Positions 27,876 through 38,071 of a stretch of DNA of 64,000 bases are shown in pieces (within the stretch, counting starts at the first letter, position 1; every line of letters starts with the position of its first letter). Source of the stretch: Candidatus Falkowbacteria bacterium (GTDB lineage Bacteria > Patescibacteriota > Patescibacteriia > Patescibacteriales > UBA12465); contig JBAXPN010000001.1 in NCBI GenBank assembly GCA_037132255.1, positions 81,020 to 145,019 of the forward strand. The letters are read 5' to 3'. Below the pieces are notes generated by a model. It had not been told where the DNA came from. It worked only from the letters and a program-made list of their open reading frames with translations, and ran no database searches. The position numbers and the translations under genes were made by a program.

Positions 27876-29954
27876 ATGTCTCGTGATTATTCTCTAGAAA
27901 ATACCCGTAATATCGGAATCATGGCTCATATCGATGCCGGAAAAACTACTTTTACCGAACGTGTTTTATTTTATACAGGTAAAAAGCATAAAATCGGCGA
28001 AGTTCATGAAGGCGCAGCTGAAATGGACTGGATGGAGCAAGAAAAAGAGAGAGGTATCACAATCACATCTGCTGCTACTACTTGCTTCTGGAAACACAAT
28101 AAAATCAATATTATCGATACTCCTGGGCACGTTGACTTCACAGTTGAAGTTGAACGCTCTTTGCGCGTTTTAGACGGCGCAGTGGCTGTTTTTGATGGTC
28201 AGGCGGGTGTTGAGCCACAATCTGAAACGGTTTGGCGTCAAGCTGATAAATATCAAGTTCCTCGTCTTTGTTTTGTTAACAAAATGGATAAGATGGGAGC
28301 TGATTTTTATATGAGCTTGAAATCCATCAGAGATCGTCTTAACCAAAAGGCTGTTGCTTTGCAACTTCCGATTGGCGCAGAAAGCAATCTATCAGGTGTC
28401 ATCGATGTTTTAGAAAAGAAAGCTTATACCTTTTCTGGTTTTAACGGTGTTGATATTAAAGAAATTGAGATTCCGGAAGATATGAAAGCGAAAGTTGAAG
28501 AATATCATAATGAATTAGTTGAGAAGGCAGTTGAATGTGACGAGAAGACAATGGAGAAATATTTAAGCGGCCAAGAAATCAGTTTAGAAGAGTTAAAAGC
28601 TTCTATTCGTAAGGGCGTTATTGCTAATGCAATTTACCCGGTTTTATGTGGCACTGCTTTGCAAAATATTGGTGTTCAATTAGTTCTTGATGCTGTTAAT
28701 GATTATCTACCATCCCCACTTGATGTTCCAGAAATTGATTCAACTGATGCACGAGACAGCGAAAAGAAATATCCGCTTCGTGCCGACGATTCTAAACCTT
28801 TCGTTGGTTTAGCTTTCAAAATCGCGACTGACCCTTTTGTCGGTAAATTATGCTTCGTCCGCGTTTATCAAGGTGTTTTAACAGCCGGTTCTTATATCGT
28901 TAATTCCTCAAAGGGAACTAAGGAAAGAGTTGGTCGTTTAGTTCGCATGCACGCTAATCACCGTGAAGAAATTAAAGAAATTTATGCGGGTGATATTGCT
29001 GCGGTTATTGGTCTAAAAAATACAACTACTGGTAATACTTTATGTGATGAAAATAATGAAGTTCTTCTTGAATCAATTGTTTTCCCAGAACCAGTTATCA
29101 AGATTGCCGTTGAACCAAAGACTAAGGCTGACCAAGAAAAGATGGGCGTTGCTTTACAACGCTTGGCCGAAGAAGATCCAACTTTCCGTGTTGAAACTGA
29201 TCCAGAAACAAATCAAGTATTAATCTCCGGTATGGGAGAATTACATTTGGAAATTATTGTCGATCGTATGCGCCGTGAATTTGGCGTTGAAGCGAACGTT
29301 GGTAATCCACAAGTATCATATCGTGAAACTATTACGAAAGTGGCTGAAGCGGAACATAAGTATGTTAAGCAATCAGGTGGTCGTGGTCAGTATGGTCATT
29401 GCGCCCTGCGTGTTGAACCGCTTGAATCAGGTAAGGGAATTGAATTTGCTGATGAAGTTAAAGGTGGTGTTATTCCACGTGAATATATTCCGGCGATTGA
29501 AAAAGGTTTCAAAGAAGCTGTTCTTAGCGGAACGGTTGCAGGATATCCAATGGTTGATGTTAAAGCAGCGGTTTATTATGGTTCATATCATGAAGTTGAT
29601 TCTTCTGAAATTGCCTTTAAACTGGCTGCTATTCACGCTTTCAGAGACGCTTGTCAGAAAGCCGGTCCAGTTTTACTTGAACCGATTATGAAAGTTGAAG
29701 TTACTACGCCAGAAGAATACATGGGTAATATCATTGGTGACTTAAGTAGTAAGCGTGGTCAAATTGAAGAAATGTCCGATCGTGCGAATATTAAAGTTGT
29801 GAAAGCTAAAGTTCCACTCGCGGAAATGTTTGGTTACTCAACTTCACTCCGTTCCATGTCTCAAGGACGCGCTAATTACGTCATGGAATTTTCTCATTAT
29901 TCTGAAGTACCAAAAAATATACTTGAAGCCATAAGAGAAAAGCAAGGGAAGTAA
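27876..29954 (+). CDS. fusA: elongation factor G
   Basis: [17 protein letters not shown] and NKMD. ATG 27876 ([15 protein letters not shown]) is preferred over the in-frame TTG at 27852. Confidence 0.96.
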   Translation: MSRDYSLENTRNIGIMAHIDAGKTTFTERVLFYTGKKHKIGEVHEGAAEMDWMEQEKERGITITSAATTCFWKHNKINIIDTPGHVDFTVEVERSLRVLDGAVAVFDGQAGVEPQSETVWRQADKYQVPRLCFVNKMDKMGADFYMSLKSIRDRLNQKAVALQLPIGAESNLSGVIDVLEKKAYTFSGFNGVDIKEIEIPEDMKAKVEEYHNELVEKAVECDEKTMEKYLSGQEISLEELKASIRKGVIANAIYPVLCGTALQNIGVQLVLDAVNDYLPSPLDVPEIDSTDARDSEKKYPLRADDSKPFVGLAFKIATDPFVGKLCFVRVYQGVLTAGSYIVNSSKGTKERVGRLVRMHANHREEIKEIYAGDIAAVIGLKNTTTGNTLCDENNEVLLESIVFPEPVIKIAVEPKTKADQEKMGVALQRLAEEDPTFRVETDPETNQVLISGMGELHLEIIVDRMRREFGVEANVGNPQVSYRETITKVAEAEHKYVKQSGGRGQYGHCALRVEPLESGKGIEFADEVKGGVIPREYIPAIEKGFKEAVLSGTVAGYPMVDVKAAVYYGSYHEVDSSEIAFKLAAIHAFRDACQKAGPVLLEPIMKVEVTTPEEYMGNIIGDLSSKRGQIEEMSDRANIKVVKAKVPLAEMFGYSTSLRSMSQGRANYVMEFSHYSEVPKNILEAIREKQGK

Positions 29955-29976
29955 CAATTATATTTTCTTCGCTTAG

Positions 29977-30028
29977 ATGATTTCTGTGGTAAAAATTATT
30001 TTCAATAATTTTTACTCTACGAAATCAT
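29977..30028 (+). promoter_or_regulatory. 52-nt hairpin immediately upstream of the 30029 ATG
   Basis: The outer stem is ATGATTTC/GAAATCAT (8 bp). The inner stem is GTAAAAATTATT/AATAATTTTTAC (12 bp) with loop TTC. The structure ends at -1 of ATG 30029. Confidence 0.45.
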
Positions 30029-30454
30029 ATGCGCTCAGTAAAATATAATTTTTACCAACATCACAATACAACTATGTTCTCAGAGCAATTAAAGAAAATC
30101 TTAAACCTCATAAAAAAAACTGGTGACCGCGTCGTAATTTTCGATGCAAATAATCCTGGTGATTCTTATGTTGTAATGGATATTGACCGCTATGCAAGTA
30201 TGGTAACGGACCAAAAAGAGCTTGTTCAAAGTATACCTGTGGAAACACTCGAAACTGAATTAAGCCCTCTAAATACGGTCAAAACCCCAGAAAACGAAAA
30301 TTTGACAGAAGAAGATTTAACTGATAAAATAAATCGCGAAATCTCGATGTGGAAAAATCGAGAAAATACTGCATACTTAGCGGAAGATGACAAACCTAAA
30401 AAGGCCTGGACAATTCCGTCCCAAGTCAAGAATAAGGCGCAGGAAATTGAATAA
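30029..30454 (+). CDS. hypothetical protein with a Phd/YefM-like N-terminal region
   Basis: The ORF is open from ATG 30029, with an alternative start at ATG 30074 (MFSEQLKKILNLIKKTGDRVVIFDANNPGDSYVVMDIDRYASMV). The tail is acidic. There is no toxin partner. Confidence 0.55.
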   Translation: MRSVKYNFYQHHNTTMFSEQLKKILNLIKKTGDRVVIFDANNPGDSYVVMDIDRYASMVTDQKELVQSIPVETLETELSPLNTVKTPENENLTEEDLTDKINREISMWKNRENTAYLAEDDKPKKAWTIPSQVKNKAQEIE

Positions 30455-30556
30455 TCGCTAGCAAAATTTAAAAATAATAAAATAATTAATTTAGTTCGGC
30501 TGGTTTCCTATATAAGGAAAGAAACCCCGTTAAATCGGGGGCCTTACAACAAAAAC

Positions 30557-31747
30557 ATGGCTGTAGAAAAATTTGAACGCACAAAGCCCCATGTTAACGT
30601 CGGTACTATTGGCCACGTTGATCACGGGAAAACTACTTTAACCGCCGCGATGTTGGCTGTTTTCGCCGCTAAAGGCATGAAAGCATCCCACAAGAGCGTA
30701 AACGAAATCGACTCCGCTCCAGAAGAAAAAGCGCGTGGTATTACCATTGCGACTGCGCACGTTGAGTATGAATCAGAAAAACGTCATTATGCGCACGTTG
30801 ATTGTCCTGGACATGCCGATTATGTTAAGAACATGATCACTGGTGCTGCTCAAATGGATGGCGCAATTTTAGTTGTTGCCGCAACCGATGGCCCTATGCC
30901 TCAAACTCGTGAGCATATCTTATTGGCTCGTCAGGTTGGTGTCCCTTATATCATTGTTTTCTTAAACAAATGCGATATGGTCGAAGACAAGGAATTAATT
31001 GACCTTGTTGAAGAAGAAATTCGTGATTTATTAAAGAAATATGAATTCCCAGGCGACACCACTCCTATCATTCGTGGCTCTGCTTTAAAGGCTTTGGAAA
31101 ATCCAACTGGCCCTGACGCTGAACCTTTAATGAAATTAATGGAGGCTTTAGACAATTATATCCCTGAACCAAATCGTGATATTGATAAACCTTACTTAAT
31201 GCCTATTGAAGATATCTTCTCAATCGAAGGTCGCGGCACAGTAGTTACTGGCCGTATCGAAAGAGGTAGCGTTAAAATTGGTGACGAAGTCGAAATTGTC
31301 GGCTTAATGGACACTAAGAAAACTACTGTTACTGGAATCGAAATGTTTAATAAACAATTAGAATCCGGCATGGCAGGAGACAACGCTGGTATCTTAATTC
31401 GTGGTACTAAGAAAAATGAAGTTGAACGTGGCCAAGTTTTATGCAAACCAGGTTCAATCACTCCACACACAGAATTCAGCGCTGAAGTTTATGTTTTATC
31501 CAAAGAAGAAGGTGGTCGTCATAAACCGTTTTTCAACGGCTATAAACCACAATTCTACTTTAAGACCACTGATGTGACAGGTGATATCACATTACCTGCA
31601 GGAACTGAAATGGTTATGCCTGGAGATACAATTAATTTAAACATTAAATTAATTTCTCCAATCGCTTTGGAAGATAAACAGAAGTTTACTATTCGTGAAG
31701 GCGGCCGCACTGTTGGTGCTGGTGTCGTAACCACTATTGTTAAATAA
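30557..31747 (+). CDS. tuf: elongation factor Tu
   Basis: [17 protein letters not shown] and NKCD; 396 aa. Confidence 0.98.
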   Translation: MAVEKFERTKPHVNVGTIGHVDHGKTTLTAAMLAVFAAKGMKASHKSVNEIDSAPEEKARGITIATAHVEYESEKRHYAHVDCPGHADYVKNMITGAAQMDGAILVVAATDGPMPQTREHILLARQVGVPYIIVFLNKCDMVEDKELIDLVEEEIRDLLKKYEFPGDTTPIIRGSALKALENPTGPDAEPLMKLMEALDNYIPEPNRDIDKPYLMPIEDIFSIEGRGTVVTGRIERGSVKIGDEVEIVGLMDTKKTTVTGIEMFNKQLESGMAGDNAGILIRGTKKNEVERGQVLCKPGSITPHTEFSAEVYVLSKEEGGRHKPFFNGYKPQFYFKTTDVTGDITLPAGTEMVMPGDTINLNIKLISPIALEDKQKFTIREGGRTVGAGVVTTIVK

Positions 31748-31813
31748 GTTGATACTTTACCCCGTTCTTTCCTTTTAAAGGACGGGGTTGTAGTGTTTAT
31801 TTAAGAAATAATT

Positions 31814-32149
31814 ATGCCCGAAAACAAAAAAGAAGCTAATGAATTTAAGCAACGGATCAGAATCAAGATCAAGGCTTTTGATCATAAGATTATTGACCAA
31901 TCAACCAGAACCATCGTTGAAACGATTGAACGTAGCGATGCGAATTTTTTTGGTCCAATTCCGTTACCAACTGAAATACGTAAATACACGGTTAACCGTT
32001 CGACTTTTGTACATAAAGATGCCCGTGATCAATACGAAATGCGCATCCATAAACGGATGATTGACATTATTGACCCGACCGCTAAAACGATCGAAGATTT
32101 AACGAATTTAAATCTACCGGCTGGGGTTGACGTGGAAATAAAAATGTAG
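31814..32149 (+). CDS. rpsJ: ribosomal protein S10
   Basis: [23 protein letters not shown]... Confidence 0.96.
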   Translation: MPENKKEANEFKQRIRIKIKAFDHKIIDQSTRTIVETIERSDANFFGPIPLPTEIRKYTVNRSTFVHKDARDQYEMRIHKRMIDIIDPTAKTIEDLTNLNLPAGVDVEIKM

Positions 32150-32277
32150 TAATATTACAAAGTAATATATAAGTTGGCTAATAATTGGTTAAATAACTCT
32201 GTTATTAAAGAAAGTGTTTAAGCGAAAATTAGCCATAATTTGGAGGTAAATCAGCGAAATAAAACTATCATAAAACA

Positions 32278-32310
32278 AATAACTAAAAGCGTTATTTTTG
32301 TAGTTTTTTT
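32278..32310 (+). terminator. terminator-like hairpin 1 in the rpsJ-rplC spacer
   Basis: AATAAC (32278-32283) pairs with GTTATT (32291-32296), followed by TTTGTAGTTTTTTT. The stem is AT-rich. Confidence 0.35.
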
Positions 32311-32311
32311 G

Positions 32312-32336
32312 AAGCTGGTTTTAGACCAGTTTTTTG
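32312..32336 (+). terminator. terminator-like hairpin 2 in the rpsJ-rplC spacer
   Basis: AAGCTGGT-TTTAG-ACCAGTTTTTTG, 20 nt before the rplC ATG. Confidence 0.45.
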
Positions 32337-32355
32337 TTTAAAAAAGAAGACCAAT

Positions 32356-33129
32356 ATGAAATTTATTTTAGGAAAAAAATCAAGCATGACCCAAATCTGG
32401 AGCGACGATAAAGTTGTTGCTGTTACTGCTGTTATAGCCGGTCCTTGTGTTATCACTCAAGTGAAAACCAAGACTAAGGATGGTTACGAAGCTGTCCAAT
32501 TATCACAGGGTACAAGACAAGCTAAGAACATTAAAAAACCACAGCTTGGTCATGTTAAGAATTTAGATATTAAACCAGCTCATCTAAGAGAATTCCGCAT
32601 CGATAACACTGAAGCCTTTAAAGTCGGTGATGTTGTAAGCGCTGAAGCCTTTGTTGCTGGCGATCCGATTAATGTTACCGGAACTTCTAAAGGTAAAGGT
32701 TTTCAGGGTGTTGTTAAACGTCATCATTTCCATGGTTTCAGAAAAACTCATGGTAATAAGGACCAAGAAAGAATGCCTGGGTCAATCGGTCCTAAAGGTC
32801 CAGCTCACGTTTTTAAAGGAACAAGAATGGGCGGACGTATGGGTGGCGAAAGAGTTACAACTACTAATTTAGAAGTTGTCTCTGTCGACGCTGAGAAAAA
32901 TATCATCTACGTTAAGGGCGCCGTTCCTGGTGCAATCAACGGTCTAGTGATGATTACTGGTAAAGGCGAATTACAATTAAATATAAAGAAAAATATTGAA
33001 GAAGTGACTCCAGAAGTTGCCGCCGAAACTATCGCTCCTGAACTAGCTACTGAAACTACTCCCGAAGTAGTTGAGATCGCGCCAGTTGTAGAAGTTAAGG
33101 AAGAGGCTAAAGAAGAAGTAAAAGCGTAA
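32356..33129 (+). CDS. rplC: ribosomal protein L3 with an acidic C-terminal extension of about 50 aa
   Basis: GKKSSMTQIW and FQGVVKRHHF. The tail is EVTPEVAAETIAPELATETTPEVVEIAPVVEVKEEAKEEVKA. Confidence 0.95.
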   Translation: MKFILGKKSSMTQIWSDDKVVAVTAVIAGPCVITQVKTKTKDGYEAVQLSQGTRQAKNIKKPQLGHVKNLDIKPAHLREFRIDNTEAFKVGDVVSAEAFVAGDPINVTGTSKGKGFQGVVKRHHFHGFRKTHGNKDQERMPGSIGPKGPAHVFKGTRMGGRMGGERVTTTNLEVVSVDAEKNIIYVKGAVPGAINGLVMITGKGELQLNIKKNIEEVTPEVAAETIAPELATETTPEVVEIAPVVEVKEEAKEEVKA

Positions 33130-33152
33130 AAGTAATATTAATTGATTATCAT

Positions 33153-33803
33153 ATGTCATTAAAGATAAAAGTCTACAATCAATCCGTTGAACCCGTTAAG
33201 GATTTAGAGTTATCGGATAAAATCTTTGGAGTAAAAGCCAGCAACGAATTATTGCATCAAGCAGTAATCGCGCAAATGGCCAATGCTCGTCAGGTTTTAG
33301 CGAACACTAAAGATCGCAGCGAAGTTTCCGGTGGTGGTAAAAAACCTTGGAAACAAAAGGGAACAGGACGTGCCCGCGTTGGTTCTTCTCGTTCACCGAT
33401 TTGGATTGGTGGTGGTGTTACTTTTGGTCCAACTAAGGATCGCAATTTTAAACAAAAGATAAACCAAAAGATGAAGCAAAAGGCTTTATTTATGGCTCTG
33501 AGCGATAAATTAGTAAATAATTCTTTAGTGGTTCTTGATAATTTAGAATTTGCTGAATATAAAACAAAGCAATTTAATACCTTGCTGACAAATTTAGAAA
33601 AGAAAGTTTTGCTTAATGATCGCCGCAACATCTTAATCATTAATGAAGCGACTGAAGAGAAGGCAAAATATTCTAGCCGTAATTTAGTTGGCGTCAAGGT
33701 TATTAATTTAGAAAATATCAATTTGGTAGATTTATTGAATCATAAAAATTTATTAATGACGGAAAACGCAGTTAAGGTTTTGACTGAACGTTATAATAAA
33801 TAA
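33153..33803 (+). CDS. rplD: ribosomal protein L4
   Basis: SGGGKKPWKQKGTGRARVGSSRSPIWIGGG. Confidence 0.96.
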   Translation: MSLKIKVYNQSVEPVKDLELSDKIFGVKASNELLHQAVIAQMANARQVLANTKDRSEVSGGGKKPWKQKGTGRARVGSSRSPIWIGGGVTFGPTKDRNFKQKINQKMKQKALFMALSDKLVNNSLVVLDNLEFAEYKTKQFNTLLTNLEKKVLLNDRRNILIINEATEEKAKYSSRNLVGVKVINLENINLVDLLNHKNLLMTENAVKVLTERYNK

Positions 33804-33824
33804 TTGTTTAATTAATAGAAACAT

Positions 33825-34265
33825 ATGGCTATGTTTGGAAATAAAAAAACTGACGCTCCAGAGAAGAAGGTGGCTCCTAAAAAAGAAGCGGCGACAGTTT
33901 CTATGAATGAATTATATAGCGAGACTGCTCCGAAAGCGGCAAAGACTAGCGGTGATAAAGCCGTTAAAGTTGCTAAAGAGAATCAAGCTTACCGTATTTT
34001 AGTAAAACCGCTTGTTACTGAAAAGGCAACTACTTTGAGCGAGCATAATAAATATGTTTTCGTTGTTTCCTTGAAAGCTAATAAAATTGAAGTTGCGAAA
34101 GCAATCGAAGCAATTTATGGCATCAAGCCAGTAAAAGTTAATCTTTCTAATGTTAAAGGTAAGAAAGTTACACGTGGAAAAATCCGTGGACAAAGAAAAG
34201 ATTGGCGTAAGGCTGTTGTTAGCTTGCCGAAGGGTCAGACAATTAAAATTTACGAAGGCGTTTAA
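33825..34265 (+). CDS. rplW: ribosomal protein L23 with an N-terminal extension
   Basis: The core starts at YRILVKPLVTEKAT. About 55 K/A/E-rich residues precede it, or about 30 if the internal Met is the start. Confidence 0.92.
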   Translation: MAMFGNKKTDAPEKKVAPKKEAATVSMNELYSETAPKAAKTSGDKAVKVAKENQAYRILVKPLVTEKATTLSEHNKYVFVVSLKANKIEVAKAIEAIYGIKPVKVNLSNVKGKKVTRGKIRGQRKDWRKAVVSLPKGQTIKIYEGV

Positions 34266-34278
34266 TTAATCGAATAAT

Positions 34279-35115
34279 ATGGGTATTAAAAAAGTAAAAG
34301 CAAATACACCGGGACGTCGTGAAGCGACTTTTGATGATTTCAAAGATTTAACCAAGTTTACTCCAGAAAAGAGATTGGTTATTATTCGCAAAAGACAAGG
34401 TGGTCGTAACAGTCAGGGTAAAATCACTGTGCGTCATCGTGGCGGCGGAGCTAAACGCTTTATTCGTTTGGTAGATTTTAAACGTGATAAATATAATATT
34501 CCAGCAACAGTAGCAGCGATTGAATATGATCCGAATCGTGGTTCTCGTCTCGCTTTACTCCATTATGCCGATGGTGAAAAAAGATATATTGTTTCCCCGG
34601 TTGATTTAAAAGTTGGCGACAAGGTTATGAGCTCTAAGGAATTAATCGAGCTGAAGACTGGTAATGCAGTTGCCGTTCAATTCGTTCCTGCCGGTATGCC
34701 GGTTAGCTCAGTGGAACTTGAGCCAGGCCAGGGCGCTAAAATTGCTCGCGGTGCCGGTAACGTAGTTTACGTCATGGGTGTCGAAGGTAAATTCGCTCAA
34801 TTAAAAATGCCATCTGGTGAAATCCGCAAGGTTAAGAAGGAATGTTTATGCACTATTGGACAAGCTAGTAACCCTGACAAACGTCATATCTCACTTGGTA
34901 AGGCTGGTCGCAGTCGTCACCTTGGTATCAGACCGACTGTCCGTGGTACCGCTATGAATCCGGTTGATCATCCACATGGTGGTGGTGAAGGCAAACAATC
35001 AATTGGTTTGCGCCATCCGAAGACTCCATGGGGTAAACCAGCTCTTGGTGTTAAGACTAGACGCAAGAGACACTCCGATCGCTTAATAATTAAACGTCGT
35101 GCGAAGAGAAAATAA
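34279..35115 (+). CDS. rplB: ribosomal protein L2
   Basis: RHRGGGAKR and NPVDHPHGGGEGK. Confidence 0.97.
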   Translation: MGIKKVKANTPGRREATFDDFKDLTKFTPEKRLVIIRKRQGGRNSQGKITVRHRGGGAKRFIRLVDFKRDKYNIPATVAAIEYDPNRGSRLALLHYADGEKRYIVSPVDLKVGDKVMSSKELIELKTGNAVAVQFVPAGMPVSSVELEPGQGAKIARGAGNVVYVMGVEGKFAQLKMPSGEIRKVKKECLCTIGQASNPDKRHISLGKAGRSRHLGIRPTVRGTAMNPVDHPHGGGEGKQSIGLRHPKTPWGKPALGVKTRRKRHSDRLIIKRRAKRK

Positions 35116-35140
35116 TTTGTAATATTAATCAACAAGATAT

Positions 35141-35428
35141 ATGTCCAGAAGTCTAAAAAAAGGACCATACATAAACTTACGTCTGATCAATAAGATCAAG
35201 AACTTAAAGCCAGGTGATAAAACTGTCTTAAAGGTTTGGGATCGGGCGGCTACTATCACTCCAGAAATGGTAGGTTTTACTTTGGGTGTCCATAACGGTA
35301 AAACTCATATCCCAGTTTATGTTGTTGAAAATATGGTTGGCCATCGTTTGGGTGAATTCTCCATGACCCGTAAGTTCGTTAGTCACGGCGGTAAAATGGC
35401 TAAGTCCCAAGCTGCTGATAAAAAATAA
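35141..35428 (+). CDS. rpsS: ribosomal protein S19
   Basis: SRSLKKGPY ... [13 protein letters not shown]. Confidence 0.97.
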   Translation: MSRSLKKGPYINLRLINKIKNLKPGDKTVLKVWDRAATITPEMVGFTLGVHNGKTHIPVYVVENMVGHRLGEFSMTRKFVSHGGKMAKSQAADKK

Positions 35429-35439
35429 TTTGTATATAT

Positions 35440-36018
35440 ATGGAAGTAAAAGCCAGTTTAAAACATTTGAGAATGTCACCGCGAAAAGCTCGCTTGGTTA
35501 TTGATGTTGTTCGTTCAATGCCGGTTAACGCCGCCCTTGATCAATTAAAGTTCATCAATAAGAAAGCAACTGATCCGGTCGCCTGCTTAATCCGTTCTGC
35601 AATTGCTAACGGTGTTAATACTTATAGTTTAGAAGCAGATAATTTATATATTAAAGAAATTCGCTCCGACGAAGGCGTCATGTTAAAACGTTGGATGCCA
35701 CGTGCTCATGGCCGTGCAACCTCTATTCGTAAACGTGGCTGCCACCTAACTTTAGTGCTCGCTGAAATTAAAGAAAGCGGCAAGAAAGAAAAGAAGGTTC
35801 TAAAAACAGCTGATCCGGTTAAACTAGAAAAATTAGTGGCTGATAGCGCTAAGACCGCGAAGGTAACTAAGGCAAAGAAGGAATCAAAAGTGAAGAGTGC
35901 AGCGACCGCCGAAAAGGGTGTGGAAATAATCGACCCACGTATGGAAGGTCATCACTCACACGCTAAGGTTGAAGGAAAAGGTTTTTCCGGAAAAATGTTT
36001 AGACGTAAATCAGGATAA
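35440..36018 (+). CDS. rplV: ribosomal protein L22 with a basic C-terminal extension of about 80 aa
   Basis: ASLKHLRMSPRKARLVIDVVR ... CHLTLVLAE, followed by a K-rich tail ending GHHSHAKVEGKGFSGKMFRRKSG. Confidence 0.94.
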   Translation: MEVKASLKHLRMSPRKARLVIDVVRSMPVNAALDQLKFINKKATDPVACLIRSAIANGVNTYSLEADNLYIKEIRSDEGVMLKRWMPRAHGRATSIRKRGCHLTLVLAEIKESGKKEKKVLKTADPVKLEKLVADSAKTAKVTKAKKESKVKSAATAEKGVEIIDPRMEGHHSHAKVEGKGFSGKMFRRKSG

Positions 36019-36055
36019 TATATATAATTTGTTATTAAATTGATTATTAATACAT

Positions 36056-36733
36056 ATGGGTAAAAAAGTAAATCCGAAAATTCTACGCATGGGAATCACC
36101 AAGACTTGGGCCTCGGTTTGGTTTGAGAGTGGTGAGAAATATATTAAAAATGTCCGCCAAGATGTTTTAGTTCGCAAATACATGATTCGCGAATTTAAAG
36201 AAGCGGGTATTGATAAGGTAGAAATTATTCGCAGTCTTAATAAAATTGAAATCACCGTTTCTACTGCTAAACCAGGTTTGATTATCGGCCGCGGCGGTAA
36301 TGGCGTTGAAGAATTGAAGAAAAAACTTCATACCCAATTTTTAAAGAATTTCCGCATGGGTGAAATTGCCTTGAATATCAAGGAAGCTAATCGCCCTAAT
36401 CTAAGTTCACAGATTATCGTTCAATCCATGATTCTAGATATCGAAAAGAGAATGCCTTTCCGCAAAGTTATGAAACAGACTATCGGTAAAGCAGAAAGAG
36501 CTGGAGCATTGGGCGTTAAAGTTGTTGTCTCCGGTCGTTTAAATGGTGCTGAAATTGCTCGTCGTGAAAAATTAGTTTCCGGCAAAGTTCCGCTTCAGAC
36601 ATTACGCGCTGATATCGACTACGCTCGCGGTGCCGCTCATACTACTTATGGCGCAATCGGAATTAAGGTTTGGATCTATAAAGGTGAAGTGTTTGAAAAA
36701 GAAGCTCAAAAAGGCGAAGTGATTGCCAACTAA
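36056..36733 (+). CDS. rpsC: ribosomal protein S3
   Basis: GKKVNPKILRMGI and the KH-domain motif IIGRGGNGVEELKK. Confidence 0.97.
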   Translation: MGKKVNPKILRMGITKTWASVWFESGEKYIKNVRQDVLVRKYMIREFKEAGIDKVEIIRSLNKIEITVSTAKPGLIIGRGGNGVEELKKKLHTQFLKNFRMGEIALNIKEANRPNLSSQIIVQSMILDIEKRMPFRKVMKQTIGKAERAGALGVKVVVSGRLNGAEIARREKLVSGKVPLQTLRADIDYARGAAHTTYGAIGIKVWIYKGEVFEKEAQKGEVIAN

Positions 36734-36757
36734 AATATATAAAATAAAGTTTGTTAT

Positions 36758-37165
36758 ATGTTAATGCCAAAGAAAACTAAATGGAGAAAAGATCAGAAAC
36801 GGCGTCGTGGCGGTAAAGCCAGCCGTAATTTGAATATCAGTTTCGGCAGCTATGGCTTAAAGGCCTTAACTCCTTGCTGGGTATCTTCTCGCCAAATTGA
36901 ATCTGCTCGTCGTGTTATGACAAAGTATGTCAAAAAAGGCGGTCGTATTTGGATTAGAATTTTCCCTGACAAACCAGTTACTGCTCATGGTGGAGAAATT
37001 CCTATGGGTAAAGGTAAGGGTGCGGTTGACTATTACGTCGCAATTGTTAAACCGGGTATGATCATGTTTGAAATGGAAGGACTTGATAAGGTAACTGCCA
37101 AGAAAGCGATGGAATCAGCTGGTCATAAATTGCCAGTGAAATGTCAATTTATTAGCAAAGAGTAA
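36758..37165 (+). CDS. rplP: ribosomal protein L16
   Basis: MPKKTKWRKDQKRRRGG...; tatATG start context at 36758. Confidence 0.96.
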   Translation: MLMPKKTKWRKDQKRRRGGKASRNLNISFGSYGLKALTPCWVSSRQIESARRVMTKYVKKGGRIWIRIFPDKPVTAHGGEIPMGKGKGAVDYYVAIVKPGMIMFEMEGLDKVTAKKAMESAGHKLPVKCQFISKE

Positions 37166-37188
37166 TTTATAAGATCGCGCATAATAAT

Positions 37189-37374
37189 ATGGAATTTAAA
37201 GAATTACAAACCAAAGATAAAAAAGAACTGCATAAATTATTAGTAGTTAACCGTGAGAAATTACGTGAATTACGTTTTAAGGATTCTAATAAGCAGTTAA
37301 AAAATATTCGTGAGATTCGCGTGGTAAGAAATCTTATCGCCCAGATTTTAACGTTATCAAATAAACAAGAATAA
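37189..37374 (+). CDS. rpmC: ribosomal protein L29
   Basis: 61 aa; ELRELRFKDSNKQLKNIREIRVVRNLIAQILT. Operon position fits. Confidence 0.93.
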   Translation: MEFKELQTKDKKELHKLLVVNREKLRELRFKDSNKQLKNIREIRVVRNLIAQILTLSNKQE

Positions 37375-37375
37375 T

Positions 37376-37654
37376 ATGCCAGCTAAAAAAAACGAGCCGA
37401 CAGCAAAAGCAGTAAAGCCGGCGACAATTATCAAAAAATTTAACGGTGTCGTCGTTAGCGATAAAAACGACAAAACTATTGTTGTTAAGGTTGAAAGCGT
37501 TAAGGTTCATCCGAAATATAAAAAAAGATACGTAGTTAGCCGCCGCTATAAAGTACATGATGAAAAGAATCAGTATAAAGTTGGCGATAAAGTTATATTC
37601 ATTGAATGCCGCCCGCTCAGTCGCGATAAGCGCTGGCGAACACTTAACCAATAA
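37376..37654 (+). CDS. rpsQ: ribosomal protein S17
   Basis: GVVVSDKNDKTIVVKVESVKVHPKYKKR. Confidence 0.95.
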   Translation: MPAKKNEPTAKAVKPATIIKKFNGVVVSDKNDKTIVVKVESVKVHPKYKKRYVVSRRYKVHDEKNQYKVGDKVIFIECRPLSRDKRWRTLNQ

Positions 37655-37675
37655 AAGGTTTAGAGATACAAATAT

Positions 37676-38050
37676 ATGATACAAGTGCAATCTTATTTAA
37701 AAGTAGCTGATAATTCTGGTGCAAAAGAAATTATGTGCATCCGAGTATTAGGTGGATATAAAAAACGTTACGGACACGTTGGCGATATTATTGTCGCAGC
37801 TGTAAAAAGCGCTGTTCCTCACGCCGCTGTTAAAAAAAGTGACGTCGTGAAAGCAGTTATCGTTCGTACCAAAAAAGAGATTCGTCGTGTTGACGGTTCT
37901 TATGTCCGCTTTAGCGACAATGCTGCCGTAATTATCACCGATATTGAAAAGAAAGATCCGAAGGGAACCCGTATTTTTGGGCCGGTGGCTCGCGAAGTTA
38001 GAAAAGCTGGTTTTGTTAAAATCGCTTCTTTAGCCCCTGAGGTTTTGTAA
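37676..38050 (+). CDS. rplN: ribosomal protein L14
   Basis: [27 protein letters not shown]. Confidence 0.97.
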   Translation: MIQVQSYLKVADNSGAKEIMCIRVLGGYKKRYGHVGDIIVAAVKSAVPHAAVKKSDVVKAVIVRTKKEIRRVDGSYVRFSDNAAVIITDIEKKDPKGTRIFGPVAREVRKAGFVKIASLAPEVL

Positions 38051-38071
38051 TCAAAACATACATAGAAAAAT

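Larger units (their letters stand above)
32150..32355 (+). promoter_or_regulatory. structured 206-nt spacer between rpsJ and rplC (candidate attenuator or leader)
   Basis: The long-range pair is TGGCTAAT (32175-32182) with ATTAGCCA (32228-32235). It encloses the AATAAC-TCT-GTTATT hairpin (32192-32206). Two terminator-like hairpins follow. Confidence 0.45.

Noticed and set aside
30455-30556. Hairpins upstream of tuf (TTTCC-TATATAA-GGAAA and CCCCG-TTAAAT-CGGGG), considered as a tRNA or riboswitch.
   Set aside because: The region is too short and has no cloverleaf. There is no T-run and no known motif recognised. It is probably a simple leader or stabiliser structure.
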